The position numbers and the translations under genes are program-made. A stretch of 64,000 nt of DNA from Paraspadella gotoi (lineage: Eukaryota > Animalia > Chaetognatha), in the NCBI GenBank assembly GCA_051294375.1, contig CM119267.1:23924111-23988110 (forward strand), in the 5' to 3' direction. Shown here piece by piece: positions 13,593 to 26,300 of the stretch (its first letter is position 1; the number at the start of each line of letters is the position of its first letter). The notes under the pieces were generated by a model. The model ran no database searches. It was not told the DNA's origin and saw only the letters and a program-made list of their open reading frames with translations.

Positions 13593-16500
13593 CGAAGAGA
13601 CAAGGGCAAAGTTTTCAAAACACAAGATTTGAGAAAGGAAGTATGAATTATTTCCAAATGAAAGTCAACAGATTTGAAACGATATGATTTTGGTGTTAAG
13701 TTGTAATGTGGTCGTGGGTTTATGGTCATTTTGTTTTATACGATCATGTGTGGGTGTGGTTGTGTTGGTGGATAGGCGGCTAAGTTGGACTGAAGAAGTA
13801 TTCATAAAGTTCTTTAACCCTTTCTACGCAGCTATGAGCGGCTTTGAACCAACTGTGGGTTGGCTAAATGCCGTTATTATAATTTAGATTATTTAATAAC
13901 GTTTAATTTGATAATGTATTTTAATCTAAAATTTAGAAGATATACTTCTTGGAATAAACTCGGACGGAGCGGGATCGAAAAAATAACGATCAAGCTCCTT
14001 ATTGGGAGGTATATGGAAAAGACGGAGAATGACTAACAGGAGAAAATAGATTGTAGATGACAGCGAATGATGTACTAAGTTTGCGATGTTACAGGGGTTA
14101 GGGAACATTTTATATCGGTATGACCCAATAGCATTATTTTAAAACGAGCTTACGATCTTTGCTCCGGTGATCGTTTTGTAATTTGATATTTTTAGTAGTC
14201 TTTTGCACAGACAATAAATAAAATACGGTGGCGGCAAAAGATTTTCTTCCTTTACTAACTTATTCTTCAATAATTGCAATGATTAAGAAATAAATCATAA
14301 AACTATTTTAACAAACTACCCGGGCGTTGTGGATGTGTTTCAGAAAATGCATTTTTGTAGCCTTCACATGTAAATACTTTATGTAGATTCCCATTTGCAT
14401 AACTTACCTTGGCATTGTTTTGCGACCTTTTACTTAGTATTAGAACTCTTAAGCATGGACCTCACTGCAAACTCTAAATTATCTGATAAAACATTAATAA
14501 TTTTCTATGGATAAAGGTAGATTTGTGTAAGTAAAAATCTGCTAAAACGCACGAAACCCAGTAACTTACCCGAACCTTATCTGCATTGGACAGCTTATTC
14601 AAAATCTTATTTTAACATACGCAGGGAACGGAAACATGCAAATCGTTTACTACACACAAAATATGACCGCCTTCTAACAACAGACAACATACTCTATGTT
14701 CAACGATTGGTAAACGACGACGACGACGAACGATCGTCGGGCCACTGTCGGTCCTTTTTCTCTTGGTTCCTCTCTAATCCTCAATAGCGTCGGCGTTCGA
14801 CTATCTTCCCTCACTCCCACTAGCACTCCGCCCTCTTCTACTCCTCCTTCCCCCAGATAGATAGCATAATACTCGAAATCCCTTATGCTAGCGAAAATGC
14901 GGCCCGTCCCCGAATCGGCTTGCATTTATGAACAACTCGATTCGAGGAATTTAAAAATTTGACCCAAAGCGGTGCTGATTATACGCACAAGACCCGACCG
15001 GACCGCATCCACACAATCACAGAGAAGGACGCAACGATTGGACGAGAGATGGACTTCCGGGATGGCACATGAAACTATAGCGTGTCCAATTGACTCTGGT
15101 AGAAAATCCGTCTTCTAGTACTTGGAATTTTGGATAACTTAGTAAGAATAGAAAAATACGCAAACGCGGGTTGCTGAAGTCTGCTTTCTAATAGGAAATC
15201 TTTTTTTTTAGTTGAATCCTCCATTCCGATCTTTAATGGAAAATTGCAATAAGCGTTGTCATGCTTAACTTTTACCGTTATCAGGATAGAATACGGGGGA
15301 GCCCACACCAGACAATCTGTTGGCTTAGGGAGAGCCAGGGATTTGATTCACTCAAACCGCGTGGAGCTCGGCACGAGTTGAACTAGATATCGGGAGGAGA
15401 TCGAAAGACACAGACCAAAAGTGAACACAGCCAGTCAACTTTGACTTGACCCAACTGAATCTATTGAGAACGGGGACCGACGTGAGACCTCGAACCGAGA
15501 CTGAAGAGGTTGCGGCTGGAGAATGATGAAAAAATTGGGAACGGAATGACTGAAAGACTTGAATACACCGAGACTGGTTAACTCTAAGAAGACTGACAGA
15601 TAAGGGTAACATTAGAACCAGACAAAAGTGGGACGCAACGGTTGGCAGAGGAGTTCGAGGACATGAGTATAAATAAAACGCTAGGTTATAGAGATATGAG
15701 CAGGATGAGAGAAGAAAGTAGTAGAGAGAGGAGGAAGAGAGAGAGAGGAGATAAATGATCGGCGGGTTAATAGGACGGCCGAAATCCATACGACGACTCG
15801 GAGATCGATGTACTGTGGATTTCGATCTTGGATCTGGAATTTGAGAGATAAGACGAGAGGAACGACGACGGAATGAGGATACATTTCGGATAATGACGAA
15901 ACACAAAAATTACTTCTTGTTAACGAACTTACTTTCTGTCTCAAATTGTAAATCTTCTTGTCTCTCCACTCATTCATCCTCTCTCTCAGTCCACTGCTTC
16001 ATCTACTCCCTAGAGCCTTTTCTTTGCCTTTCTCTTTTCTCTCGAATTTCTGTGAAGGACGCGAAAATTCCACAAGACGAATTTCGTCTCAAAATAAAAT
16101 TAAGTCCAAAATGGACTAAATTGATTTTTTGTTCCGAAAATTGATTTGAAAATATAAAGATTCACATTCAAGAAGTACATAAGTCCTATGATTTGGGCGT
16201 TGGAAGATGTTACCTGGGGTGTAAAAAAAGAAAAAGAATTGCATATATGAGTAAAAAAGGTGATAGGCCTATGTCGAGGTATCCCATAAATCGACAACGA
16301 AGCAGACAATACAAGAAATACGAGGATTAAAAAAAAATGAGGCCCCTATGGTCGTACGAACAATGCCGAGAAGGAAGCACTATAAATGAGAATTGGGTAA
16401 AAGAAGACTCCAAATACTATGGCGAGACATTAGACCCCGCCTGCAGCGTCTTCTGTGGCCGTCATCTTGGATCTTCACGATTTTAGACGAAAAGTATGTA

Positions 16501-17471
16501 TTCACAGCGGACTTCAAAGCTTTTCTTCTTCTTTGGCTCGTAAAAAAGTCATAGTCACGAGTATAAACGAAATAGTAAAAAATCGAGAACCGTAAATGAT
16601 AAAAGTTTTACAGTAAAAATTAATAATTAACGGAGGTATGAATATTAATCGGTAGCGGTCAAACCACGAAGGAGCCCACCTGTGATTCTAATCAATGTAG
16701 CTCTCTCCAACGTAGTTTTGCTCTTTTGTTCGCACAGAAATAGTCAGTAGTATGTCTCACAAAGATAAGGACTAGTAAAGATATAAACTGAAGTAAAGCA
16801 TATATGAATGATCACTCCGCTGCATCTTCCATTCCATCGCTCGCTCTTTAATGATCCTCACTTTCATATCTAATACTTTTATAAATCTTCAGTCTAATAC
16901 TAGTCTACATGATTCGAAGTGCACCGCGGAATGCGCAGACGCACGTATAATCAACCTAATTTTTTTGATCTTCACAAGATAAGAAACATTGTTCAACAAG
17001 AACAAAGGTAAATAAAAGACACAATAGGTCAAATTGTTAATAAACAGCGGTGGTAGGACAAACACATAATTAAACAGAGAAAGCTTCTACATTTTCAATG
17101 CTCGTTGTCAGCGCTGACTGAGAAAGGGACAAAGGAGATCAGGGAGACAAGGGTGACAAGGAGAGCATAGGAGACCAAGAGATAATAGGAGATAAGGAGA
17201 GACCAGGGATGCATCGTGTCGATAGGGTGCAAACGGCAGACCCACAGGAAGTAAAAGGAGGACCAAGGGGATAAAGGGAATAAGGAGATCAGGTTTTGAA
17301 TATTTTTGAATTTTTGAAGTTTGTATGATTTCCAAGGGGGCTGGTAACAGAAAAATTGTGGAATGTTTCCTGTTTTTGAGAAGAATAATCACAGAAGGTG
17401 TTGACCAAGGCGTTGACACTAAGGGGTAACAAGGCGTGACAAAATAAGAGACATAGGAAACAAAGGAGACA
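12290..17471 (+). other. Insertion-riddled duplicate of ~17497-20900 (upstream region, signal exon and collagen start of gene C); probably an uncorrected long-read or haplotype artefact
   Basis: Collinear matches, e.g. 16419 atggcgagacattag..gatcttcacgatttt vs 20266, 17104 gttgtcagcgctgactgagaaagggacaaagg vs 20683, and 16055 aaggacgcgaaaattccacaagacgaatttcgtctc vs 19964. Differences are mostly single-base insertions, and the copy ends at an N-gap. Confidence 0.75.
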
Positions 17472-17869
17472 NNNNNNNNNNNNNNNNNNNNNNNNNTTTT
17501 TTTCCATCCAAAGTTGAAAAAAATTACGTTTGACTTTTTAACCATGAATTTCGGTTGAAAGGATTTTCTTCTTTTTTTAGTGGACCCACCATAAATTGGA
17601 CCTAAGGTGGAATGTCTTTTGTGAGAGAGAGAAAGAGAGAGAGNNNNNNNNNNNNNNNNNNNNNNNNNNNNNNNNNNNNNNNNNNNNNNNNNNNNNNNNN
17701 NNNNNNNNNNNNNNNNNNNNNNNNNNNNNNNNNNNNNNNNNNNNNNNNNNNNNNNNNNNNNNNNNNNNNNNNNNNNNNNNNNNNNNNNNNNNNNNNNNNN
17801 NNNNNNNNNNNNNNNNNNNNNNNNNNNNNNNNNNNNNNNNNNNNNNNNNNNNNNNNNNNNNNNNNNNNN

Positions 17870-17904
<35 letters not shown>

Positions 17905-19714
17905 GAAGAAAGCGAGGAGAGTGGGGGAGTTCAAAATTTAAAATGCTCGAAGAGGGTCTATCTTTTGAGACACGACGGACGAGCATCTCGGAGAATATCT
18001 GTATTTGGCTCAATTCAAAAATTCAAAAACAGAAAACAAATTTTCTTATTAACTCGTCAAATTTTTGTAAATTTCAACATTTTTTGTACAATTTCGATAA
18101 TGAATTCAGTACTGATAATTAAATCTATAGACAAAGATTTTAATTAGGATAAAACTCGGCCCGAGCGATCGAAAAAAAAACGATCAAAGCTCCTTATTGA
18201 GGAGAAGCGGGATGTACAGGGATGTACAGGGATGTACAGGGGTGGGACCTTATATCGAGACAAAACTTAACGTCCTGCCCTGTCTGAATGATTTGAGATA
18301 CAATAATAAAATAGGTGCCAAAAGATTTTTCTGTCTTTTTACTTTCATATGCAATGAAACAATAACAAATTTTTAACAACTACAGGGCGTTGTGGATGTT
18401 TTCAAATCATTTAGGCCTTAATCGTCAAATACTTTATGTATTTCTTACCGTTTTGACCGTTTTATTATGTATTCAGAAATCTTACATGATTAAATTAATT
18501 ATCTGATAATATCATTAATAATTTTTTTGATAAAAGTAAGTTTCAGTAAAAATGAAACCAAAACAGTAACTTACCCAAACCTTAACTACTTACTTCAAAT
18601 TATTTTAAAGCAAAATGCAATGTACACCTTGGCAGAAGCATTATTATACTATAAATGAGTATATCCAAAAAATATTTTTAACTGTTATGTCTTACTTAAA
18701 AAGAGATTAAATAATAAGTTTTCAAAAATTTTTCTTCCAAACCGCGCGGAGAAAATCGAGCAGTTGCCTTTGCTGCATCAAAAAAAGCAGTATATTAAAA
18801 AAAAGATTAAAATATCGTCTAAAAGCTAAGAGAGAGTATTATACAAATATTAATTCATATTTTAAAAATAATTAAGAGTTTTAGTGTAATGATTTTTAAA
18901 ATTTTGTCTCGATATATGGTCCCACCCCTTTAGAAGGACAAGGGACTTAAAAACTTTTAATAAAATTGTAATAAATTTTAATAAAATCTTAATAAATGAT
19001 CAGCCCCGCTCCTTCGTCACCCGATTTTCATTATCAGGACGAACAAGTCCACCCGGTAAAGGGTTGACGTTCAATGACAACGAGGGCCGAGAAGGCGACT
19101 GCGGCGGCGGCTGCGGCGGCGGCAACTTCTTTTGATAACATTCGATGACCGCCTTCTTAACAACAACAAAACATACTCTATGTCGACATTGGTAAAACGA
19201 CGACGACGACGACGAATCGTCGCATGTCGTCCTTTTTTTCTTCGGTTTCCTCTTCTACTTCGAATTCTCCCTCCTCTCCTCCTCCTCCTCCTCCTTCCCC
19301 TCTCTCAAATCGCCCCGTCCGAATCGTCATTTATGAAAATCGATTCCGAGAATTAAGAAAATTTGACACGAATGACGCGACAGACCGACCGACCGACCAA
19401 TCAGAGAAGGACCAACCGATTGAACCAGAGATGGACGGATGGACCAATGAAAAGCGTGTCCAATTGACTGACCGAGCCGATTGAAACGGACCAAAGACCG
19501 ATTTAAAACCGATCGGCAAATTGAACTAGATACGGATCGACAGACCAATTGAAAGCAGTCAATTTGATGACACATGATTATTGAGACGACGCGACGGACT
19601 GAACCAGAGACTGAATGACGGAATGACTGAAAGACGCGACCGAACTACCTAGAAGACTGACAGAAGGTATTGACCCGACAAAAAAGTGGGACGAAGGTTG
19701 GAGAGAGAGAGAGA

Positions 19715-19777
<63 letters not shown>

Positions 19778-20265
19778 AATCGCGGGTTAAGACGCCGAAA
19801 TCCATACCGACGACGACGATGACGACGACGACGATGACGACGACGACGACGAGGACGACGACGGAAGAAATTCGGATATGAACGCAAAACTTTTTAAACA
19901 ACTTTTCTCTCTCTCTCTCTTTCTCTCTCCCCCCTCTCTCTTTCTCTTTCTTTCTCTAATTCTTAAGGACGCGAAAATTCCACAAGACGAATTTCGTCTC
20001 AAAAAATAAAATTAAAGTTGAAAAATTGATTTGAAATATAAAGATTCAACATTCAAGAAGTAAATAAGTCTATGATTTTGGCGTTGGAATGTTAACGTGA
20101 AAAAAAAAAGAATACAAATGATAAAAATGTGATACTATGTCGAGTTCCATGAACGACAAACGAAAGAGACAATACAAGAAAAAACAAGGATTAAAAAAAA
20201 AAAATACTAATTCGAAAACAAAAAGAAAGAAATATAGAGAAAATTGGTAACAAAAACTCAATACT

Positions 20266-20329
20266 ATGGCGACATTTAGGCTGAGACGTTTCTTGGCCGT
20301 CATTTGGATCTTCACGATTTTGACAAGAA
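20266..20329 (+). CDS. Gene C exon 1: signal peptide
   Basis: MATFRLRRFLAVIWIFTILTR, donor gtacgt, phase 1; joins (R)ALIVSA-TEKGDK, with an AxA-like cleavage site just before the collagen. Confidence 0.7.
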
Positions 20330-23300
20330 GTACGTTTCACAGCGGACCAAAGCTTTATTTTAATATATCTTTTTCTTTTCAAAAGTCATAGTCGATATAA
20401 CGAAATGTAAAAAAAATCAACGTTGAAATTTATAAAAATATAAGTATTAATATTAATTATGATAAAAATTATTAGTATTAATATTAATATATTAATAATA
20501 TTAATAATAATATTAATACTTTATAAGTATTAATATTAATATTTGTGCGTTGAATTTAAATAAATCAAGATAGAAGCATTTTCAAAACAAGAACGAAGTA
20601 ATAAAAAAAATAGTTCAATTGTAAAAAAAAAAGCTGTTAACAAACAAAATTAAAAAAAGCCTTACATTTTCCAGGAGCTCTCATTGTCAGCGCTACTGAG
20701 AAAGGGGACAAAGGAGATCAGGGAGACAAGGGTGACAAGGGAGACATAGGAGACCAAGGAGATAAAGGGAATAAAGGAGACCATCAAGGGAGAAAGGTGA
20801 CAAAGGAGACATGGGAAAAATAGGAGATCAAGGAGATTAAAGGGATCAATGGAGACCAGGGAGACAAAGGCGACAACGGAGACAAAGGGAACAAAGGGAC
20901 TATGGAGAATAAGGAAACAAAGGAGACCAGGGAAACAGAGGTGACAAAGGAGACTTAAGGAAGCAAAGGAGACCAAGGAGATAAAGGGAACAAAGGAAAC
21001 CAGGGATACAAGGGTGACAAAAGGAGACATAGGAAACAAAGGAGACCAAGGAAGATAAAGGGAACAGAGGAGATCAGGGAGACAAGGTGACAAAGGAAGA
21101 CCAGGAGACAAGGGTGAAAAAGGAAACCAGGGAGACCAGGGTAACAAAGGAAGAAATAGGAAACAAAGGAGACCAAGGAGATAAAGGGAATAAAGGAGAC
21201 CAAGGAGACAAAGGTGAACAAAGGAAGACCAGGGAGACAAGGGCGACCAAGTGAGAAAAAGGAAACAAAGGAAACCAAGGAGATAAAGGAGCAAAGGAGA
21301 ATCAGGGAGACAAGGGCGACCAAAGGTGACAAAGGAAACATGGGAGATAAAGGGAAACCAAGGAGACCAGGGAACAAGGGTGACAAAGGAGACTTAGAAG
21401 CAAAAGGAGATCAAGGAGATAAAGGAAACAAAGGAGACCATGGAGACAAGGGGGAAAAAGGAGACCCAGAAGCAAAGGAGACCAAGGAGATAAAGAAACA
21501 AAGGACCACCAGGGAGGACAAGGGCGACCAAAGGAGTCAAAGGAACAATAGGAGACCAAGGATATAAAGGAGCAAAGGGATCAGGAGACAAAGGCGAACA
21601 AGCAACAAGCGAAACAAAGGAGCATCAAGGAAATAAAGGAACAAAGGAGACCAGGGAAACAAGGCAACCAAGGGAGATTAAAGGGAATAAAGTTGGGAAC
21701 AAGGCAGATAAGGGAACAAGGAGACCATGGATGGAGAAAGGGAGACCAAGGGGACAAAGGAGGCAAAGGAAGACCAAGGGATAAATTGGAACATTGGGAG
21801 ATCAGGGAGACCAAGGGTGAAAAAGGAGACACAGCGCAGGCAAAGCGAAACACCAATGGGATAAAGGGAACAAAGGAGACGCAGGGTGGAACCAATGGTG
21901 AAAAAGGAGACATATGGAAGCAAGGGAGACCAAGGAAATAAAGGGGACAAAGGAGAAGCCAGGGTGACCAGGTTAAAAAGGAGACATAGGAAGCAAGGGA
22001 TGACGCAAGGATATAAAGGGAACAAAGGAAACCAGGATACAAGGGTGATAAAGGAGAACATAGGAAACAAAGGAGACCAGGAGATTTAAAGGGAACAAGG
22101 GAGAATCAGGGAGACAAGGGGTGACAAAGGACACAAAAGGAAACAAAGGAAGATCAAGAAGATAAAACCAGGGAGACAAGGGTGACAAAGGAGACATAGG
22201 AAACCAAGGAGATAAAGGGTATAAAGGAGACCATGGAGACAAGGGTGACAAAGGAGACATTGGAAACAAAGGAGACCAGGGAGATAAAGGGAATAAAGGT
22301 GACCAGGGAGACAACGGTGACAAAGGAGACAGAGGAAACAAAGGAGACCCAGGAGATAAAGGGAACAAAGGAGACCAGGGAGACATGGGTGACAAAGGAG
22401 ATCTAGGAAACAAAGGAGACCAAGGAGGTAAAGGGAACAAAGGAGACCAGGGAGACAAGGGTAACAAAGGAGACCAGGGGAACAAGGGTGACAAAGGAAA
22501 CATAGGAAACAAAGGAGAACAAGGATATAAAGGAAATAAAGGAGATCAGGGAGACAAGGGTGACAAAGGAAACCAGGGAGACAAGGGTGACAAAGGAGAC
22601 ATAGGAAACAAAGGAGACCAAGGAGATAAAGGAAATAAAGGAGACCATGGAAACAAGGGTGACAGAGGAGACATAGGAAACAAAGGCGACCAAGGAAATA
22701 AAGGAAAAAAAGGAGATCAGGGAGACAAGGGTGACAAAGGAGACATAGGAAACAAGGGAGACCAAGGAGATAAAGGGAATAGAGGAGACCATGGAGACAA
22801 AGGTGACAAAGGAGACTTAGGAAACAAAGGAGAACATGGAGACAAGGGTGACAAAGGAGATACAGGAAACAAAGGAGACCAAGGAGATAAAGGGAATAAA
22901 GGAGACCAGGGAGACAAAGGTGACAAAGGAAACAGAGGAAATAAAGGAGACCAAGGGGATAAAGGGAATAAAGGAAACCATGGAGACAAGGGTGACAAAG
23001 GAGACCAAGGAGATAAAGGAAACAAAGGAGACGAGGGAGACAAGGGTGACCAAGGAAACAAAGGAAACAAAGGAGACCAAGGAGATAAAGGGAATAAAGG
23101 AGACCATGGAGACAAGGGTGACAAAGGAGACCATGGAGACAAGGGTGACAAAGGAGACATAGGAAACAAAGGAGACCAAATGGAGACAAGGGTGACAAAG
23201 GAGATATAAGGAAACAAAGGAGACCAGGGGATAAAGGAATAAAGGAGACCATGGAAGACAAGGGTGACAAAGGAGAATAGGCAACAAAGGCAGAGCAAGG

Positions 23301-26300
23301 AGATAAAGGGAATAAAGGAGACCATGGGGACAAGGGTGACAAAGGAGACATAGGAAATAAAGGAAACCAAGGAGATAAAGGGAACCAAAGGAGACCAGGG
23401 AGATCAAGGGTGACAAAGGAGACCAGGGAGAACAAGGGTGACAAAGGAGACATAAGGAAACAAAGGAGACCAAGGAGATAGGGAAACAAAGGAAATCAGG
23501 GAGACAAGGGTGACAAAGGAAATCTGGAAACAAGGGTGACAAAGGATGACATAGGAAACAAAGGAGACAAGGAGACAAAGGGAATAAAGGAGACCAAGGA
23601 GACAAAGTGTGACAAAGGAGACCAAGGAGACAAAGGAAATAAAGGAGACCAAGGGGACATGGGTGACAAAGGAGACACAGGAAACAAAGGAGACCAAGGA
23701 GATAAAGGGAATAAAGGAGACCATGGAGACAAGGGTGATAAAGGAGACTTAGGAAATAAAGGAGACCAAGGAGATAAAGGGAACAAAGGAGACCAGGGAG
23801 ACCATGGAGACAAGGGTGACAAAGGAGACATAGGAAGCAAAGGAAACCAAGGAGAAAAAGGAAATAAAGGAGACCATGGAGATAAAGGTGAAAAAGGAGA
23901 CCAGGGATACAAGGGCAACCACGGAGACAAAGGAAACAAAGGAGACCAAGGAAGCAAAGGAGATCAGGGAGACAAGGGTGACAAAGGAGACATAGGAAGC
24001 AAAGGAGATAAAGGAGATAAAGGGAATAAAGGAGACCAAGGAGATAAAGGAGAAAAAGGAGACCAGGGAGACAAGGGCGACCAAGGCGACAAAGGAAACA
24101 AAGGATTCCAAGGAGATAAAGGGAATAAAGGAGACCATGGCGACAAGGGTGACAAAGGAGACATAGGAAACAAAGGAGACCAAGGAAATAAAGGAAACAA
24201 AGGAGATCAGGGAGACAAGGGTGACAAAGGAGACATAGGAAGCAAAGGAGACCAAGGAGAGAAAGGGAATAAAGGAGACCAAGGAGATAAAGGTGAAAAA
24301 GGAAAACAGGGAGACAAGGGCGACCAAGGACAAAAAGGAAACAAAGGAGACCAAGGAGATAAAGGAAACAAAGGATATCAGGGAGACAAGGGTGACAAAG
24401 GAGACATAGGAAACAAAGGAGACAAAGGAGATAAAGGGAACAAAGGAGACCAGGGAGACAAAGGCGACCAAGGAGACAAAGGAAACAAAGGAGACCAAGG
24501 ATATAAAGGGAATAAAGGAGACCATGGAGACAAGGGTGTCATAGGAGACATAGGAAACAAAGGAGACCAAGGAGATAAAGGGAATAAAGGAGACCAAGGA
24601 GAAAAGGGTGACAAAGGAGACATAGGAAACAAAGGAGATCAAGGAGATAAAGGGATCAAAGGAGACCAGGGAGACAAAGGCGACCAAGGAGACAAAGGGA
24701 ACAAAGGAGACTATGGAGATAAAGGAAACAAAGGAGACCAGGGAAACAGAGGTGACAAAGGAGACTTAGGAAGCAAAGGAGACCAAGGAGATAAAGGGAA
24801 CAAAGGAAACCAGGGATACAAGGGTGACAAAGGAGACATAGGAAACAAAGGAGACCAAGGAGATAAAGGGAACAGAGGAGATCAGGGAGACAAGGGTGAC
24901 AAAGGAGACCAGGGAGACAAGGGTGACAAAGGAAACCAGGGAGACAAGGGTAACAAAGGAGAAATAGGAAACAAAGGAGACCAAGGAGATAAAGGGAATA
25001 AAGGAGACCAAGGAGACAAAGGTGACAAAGGAAACCAGGGAGACAAGGGCGACCAAGGAGAAAAAGGAAACAAAGGAAACCAAGGAGATAAAGGGAGCAA
25101 AGGAGATCAGGGAGACAAGGGCGACCAAGGTGACAAAGGAAACATGGGAGATAAAGGGAACCAAGGAGACCAGGGAGACAAGGGTGACAAAGGAGACTTA
25201 GGAAGCAAAGGAGATCAAGGAGATAAAGGAAACAAAGGAGACCATGGAGACAAGGGGGAAAAAGGAGACACAGGAAGCAAAGGAGACCAAGGAGATAAAG
25301 GAAACAAAGGACACCAGGGAGACAAGGGCGACCAAGGAGTCAAAGGGAACAAAGGAGACCAAGGATATAAAGGGAGCAAAGGAGATCAGGGAGACAAAGG
25401 CGAACAAGGCAACAAAGGAAACAAAGGAGATCAAGGAAATAAAGGGAACAAAGGAGACCAGGGAGACAAGGGCAACCAAGGAGATAAAGGGAATAAAGGG
25501 GAACAAGGAGATAAAGGGAACAAAGGAGACCATGGAGACAAGGGAGACCAAGGGGACAAAGGAGGCAAAGGAGACCAAGGAGATAAAGGGAACATGGGAG
25601 ATCAGGGAGACAAGGGTGACAAAGGAGACACAGGAGGCAAAGGAAACCAAGGAGATAAAGGGAACAAAGGAGACCAGGGTGACCATGGTGAAAAAGGAGA
25701 CATAGGAAGCAAGGGAGACCAAGGAAATAAAGGGAACAAAGGAGACCAGGGTGACCAAGGTGAAAAAGGAGACATAGGAAGCAAGGGAGACCAAGGATAT
25801 AAAGGGAACAAAGGAAACCAGGGATACAAGGGTGATAAAGGAGACATAGGAAACAAAGGAGACCAAGGAGATAAAGGGAACAAGGGAGATCAGGGAGACA
25901 AGGGTGACAAAGGACACAAAGGAAACAAAGGAGATCAAGGAGATAAAGGGAACAAAGGAGACCAGGGTGACAAAGGAGACATAGGAAGCAAAGGTGACCA
26001 AGGAGATAAAGGGAACAAAGGAAATCCTGGAGACAAAGGCGACCAAGGAGACAAAGGGAGAAAAGGGGACCAAGGAGATAAAGGAAACAAAGGAGACCAG
26101 GGAGACAATGGTAAAAAAGGAGACAAAGGAAGGAAAGGTGACCAAGGAAACAAGGGGAACAAAGGAGACCAGGGAGAAAAGGGTGACAAAGGAGACCAGG
26201 GAGACAAGGGTGATAAGGGAGACACAGGAAGCAAAGGAGACCAAGGAGATAAAGGGAGCAAAAGGAGAGCAGGGAGAAAAGGGCGACCAAGGTGACAAAG

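Noticed and set aside
19132-19484. Short ORFs with a signal-peptide-like Leu run upstream of gene C
   Set aside because: Generated by (CCT)n and (CGA)n repeats; no donor site links them to downstream exons.
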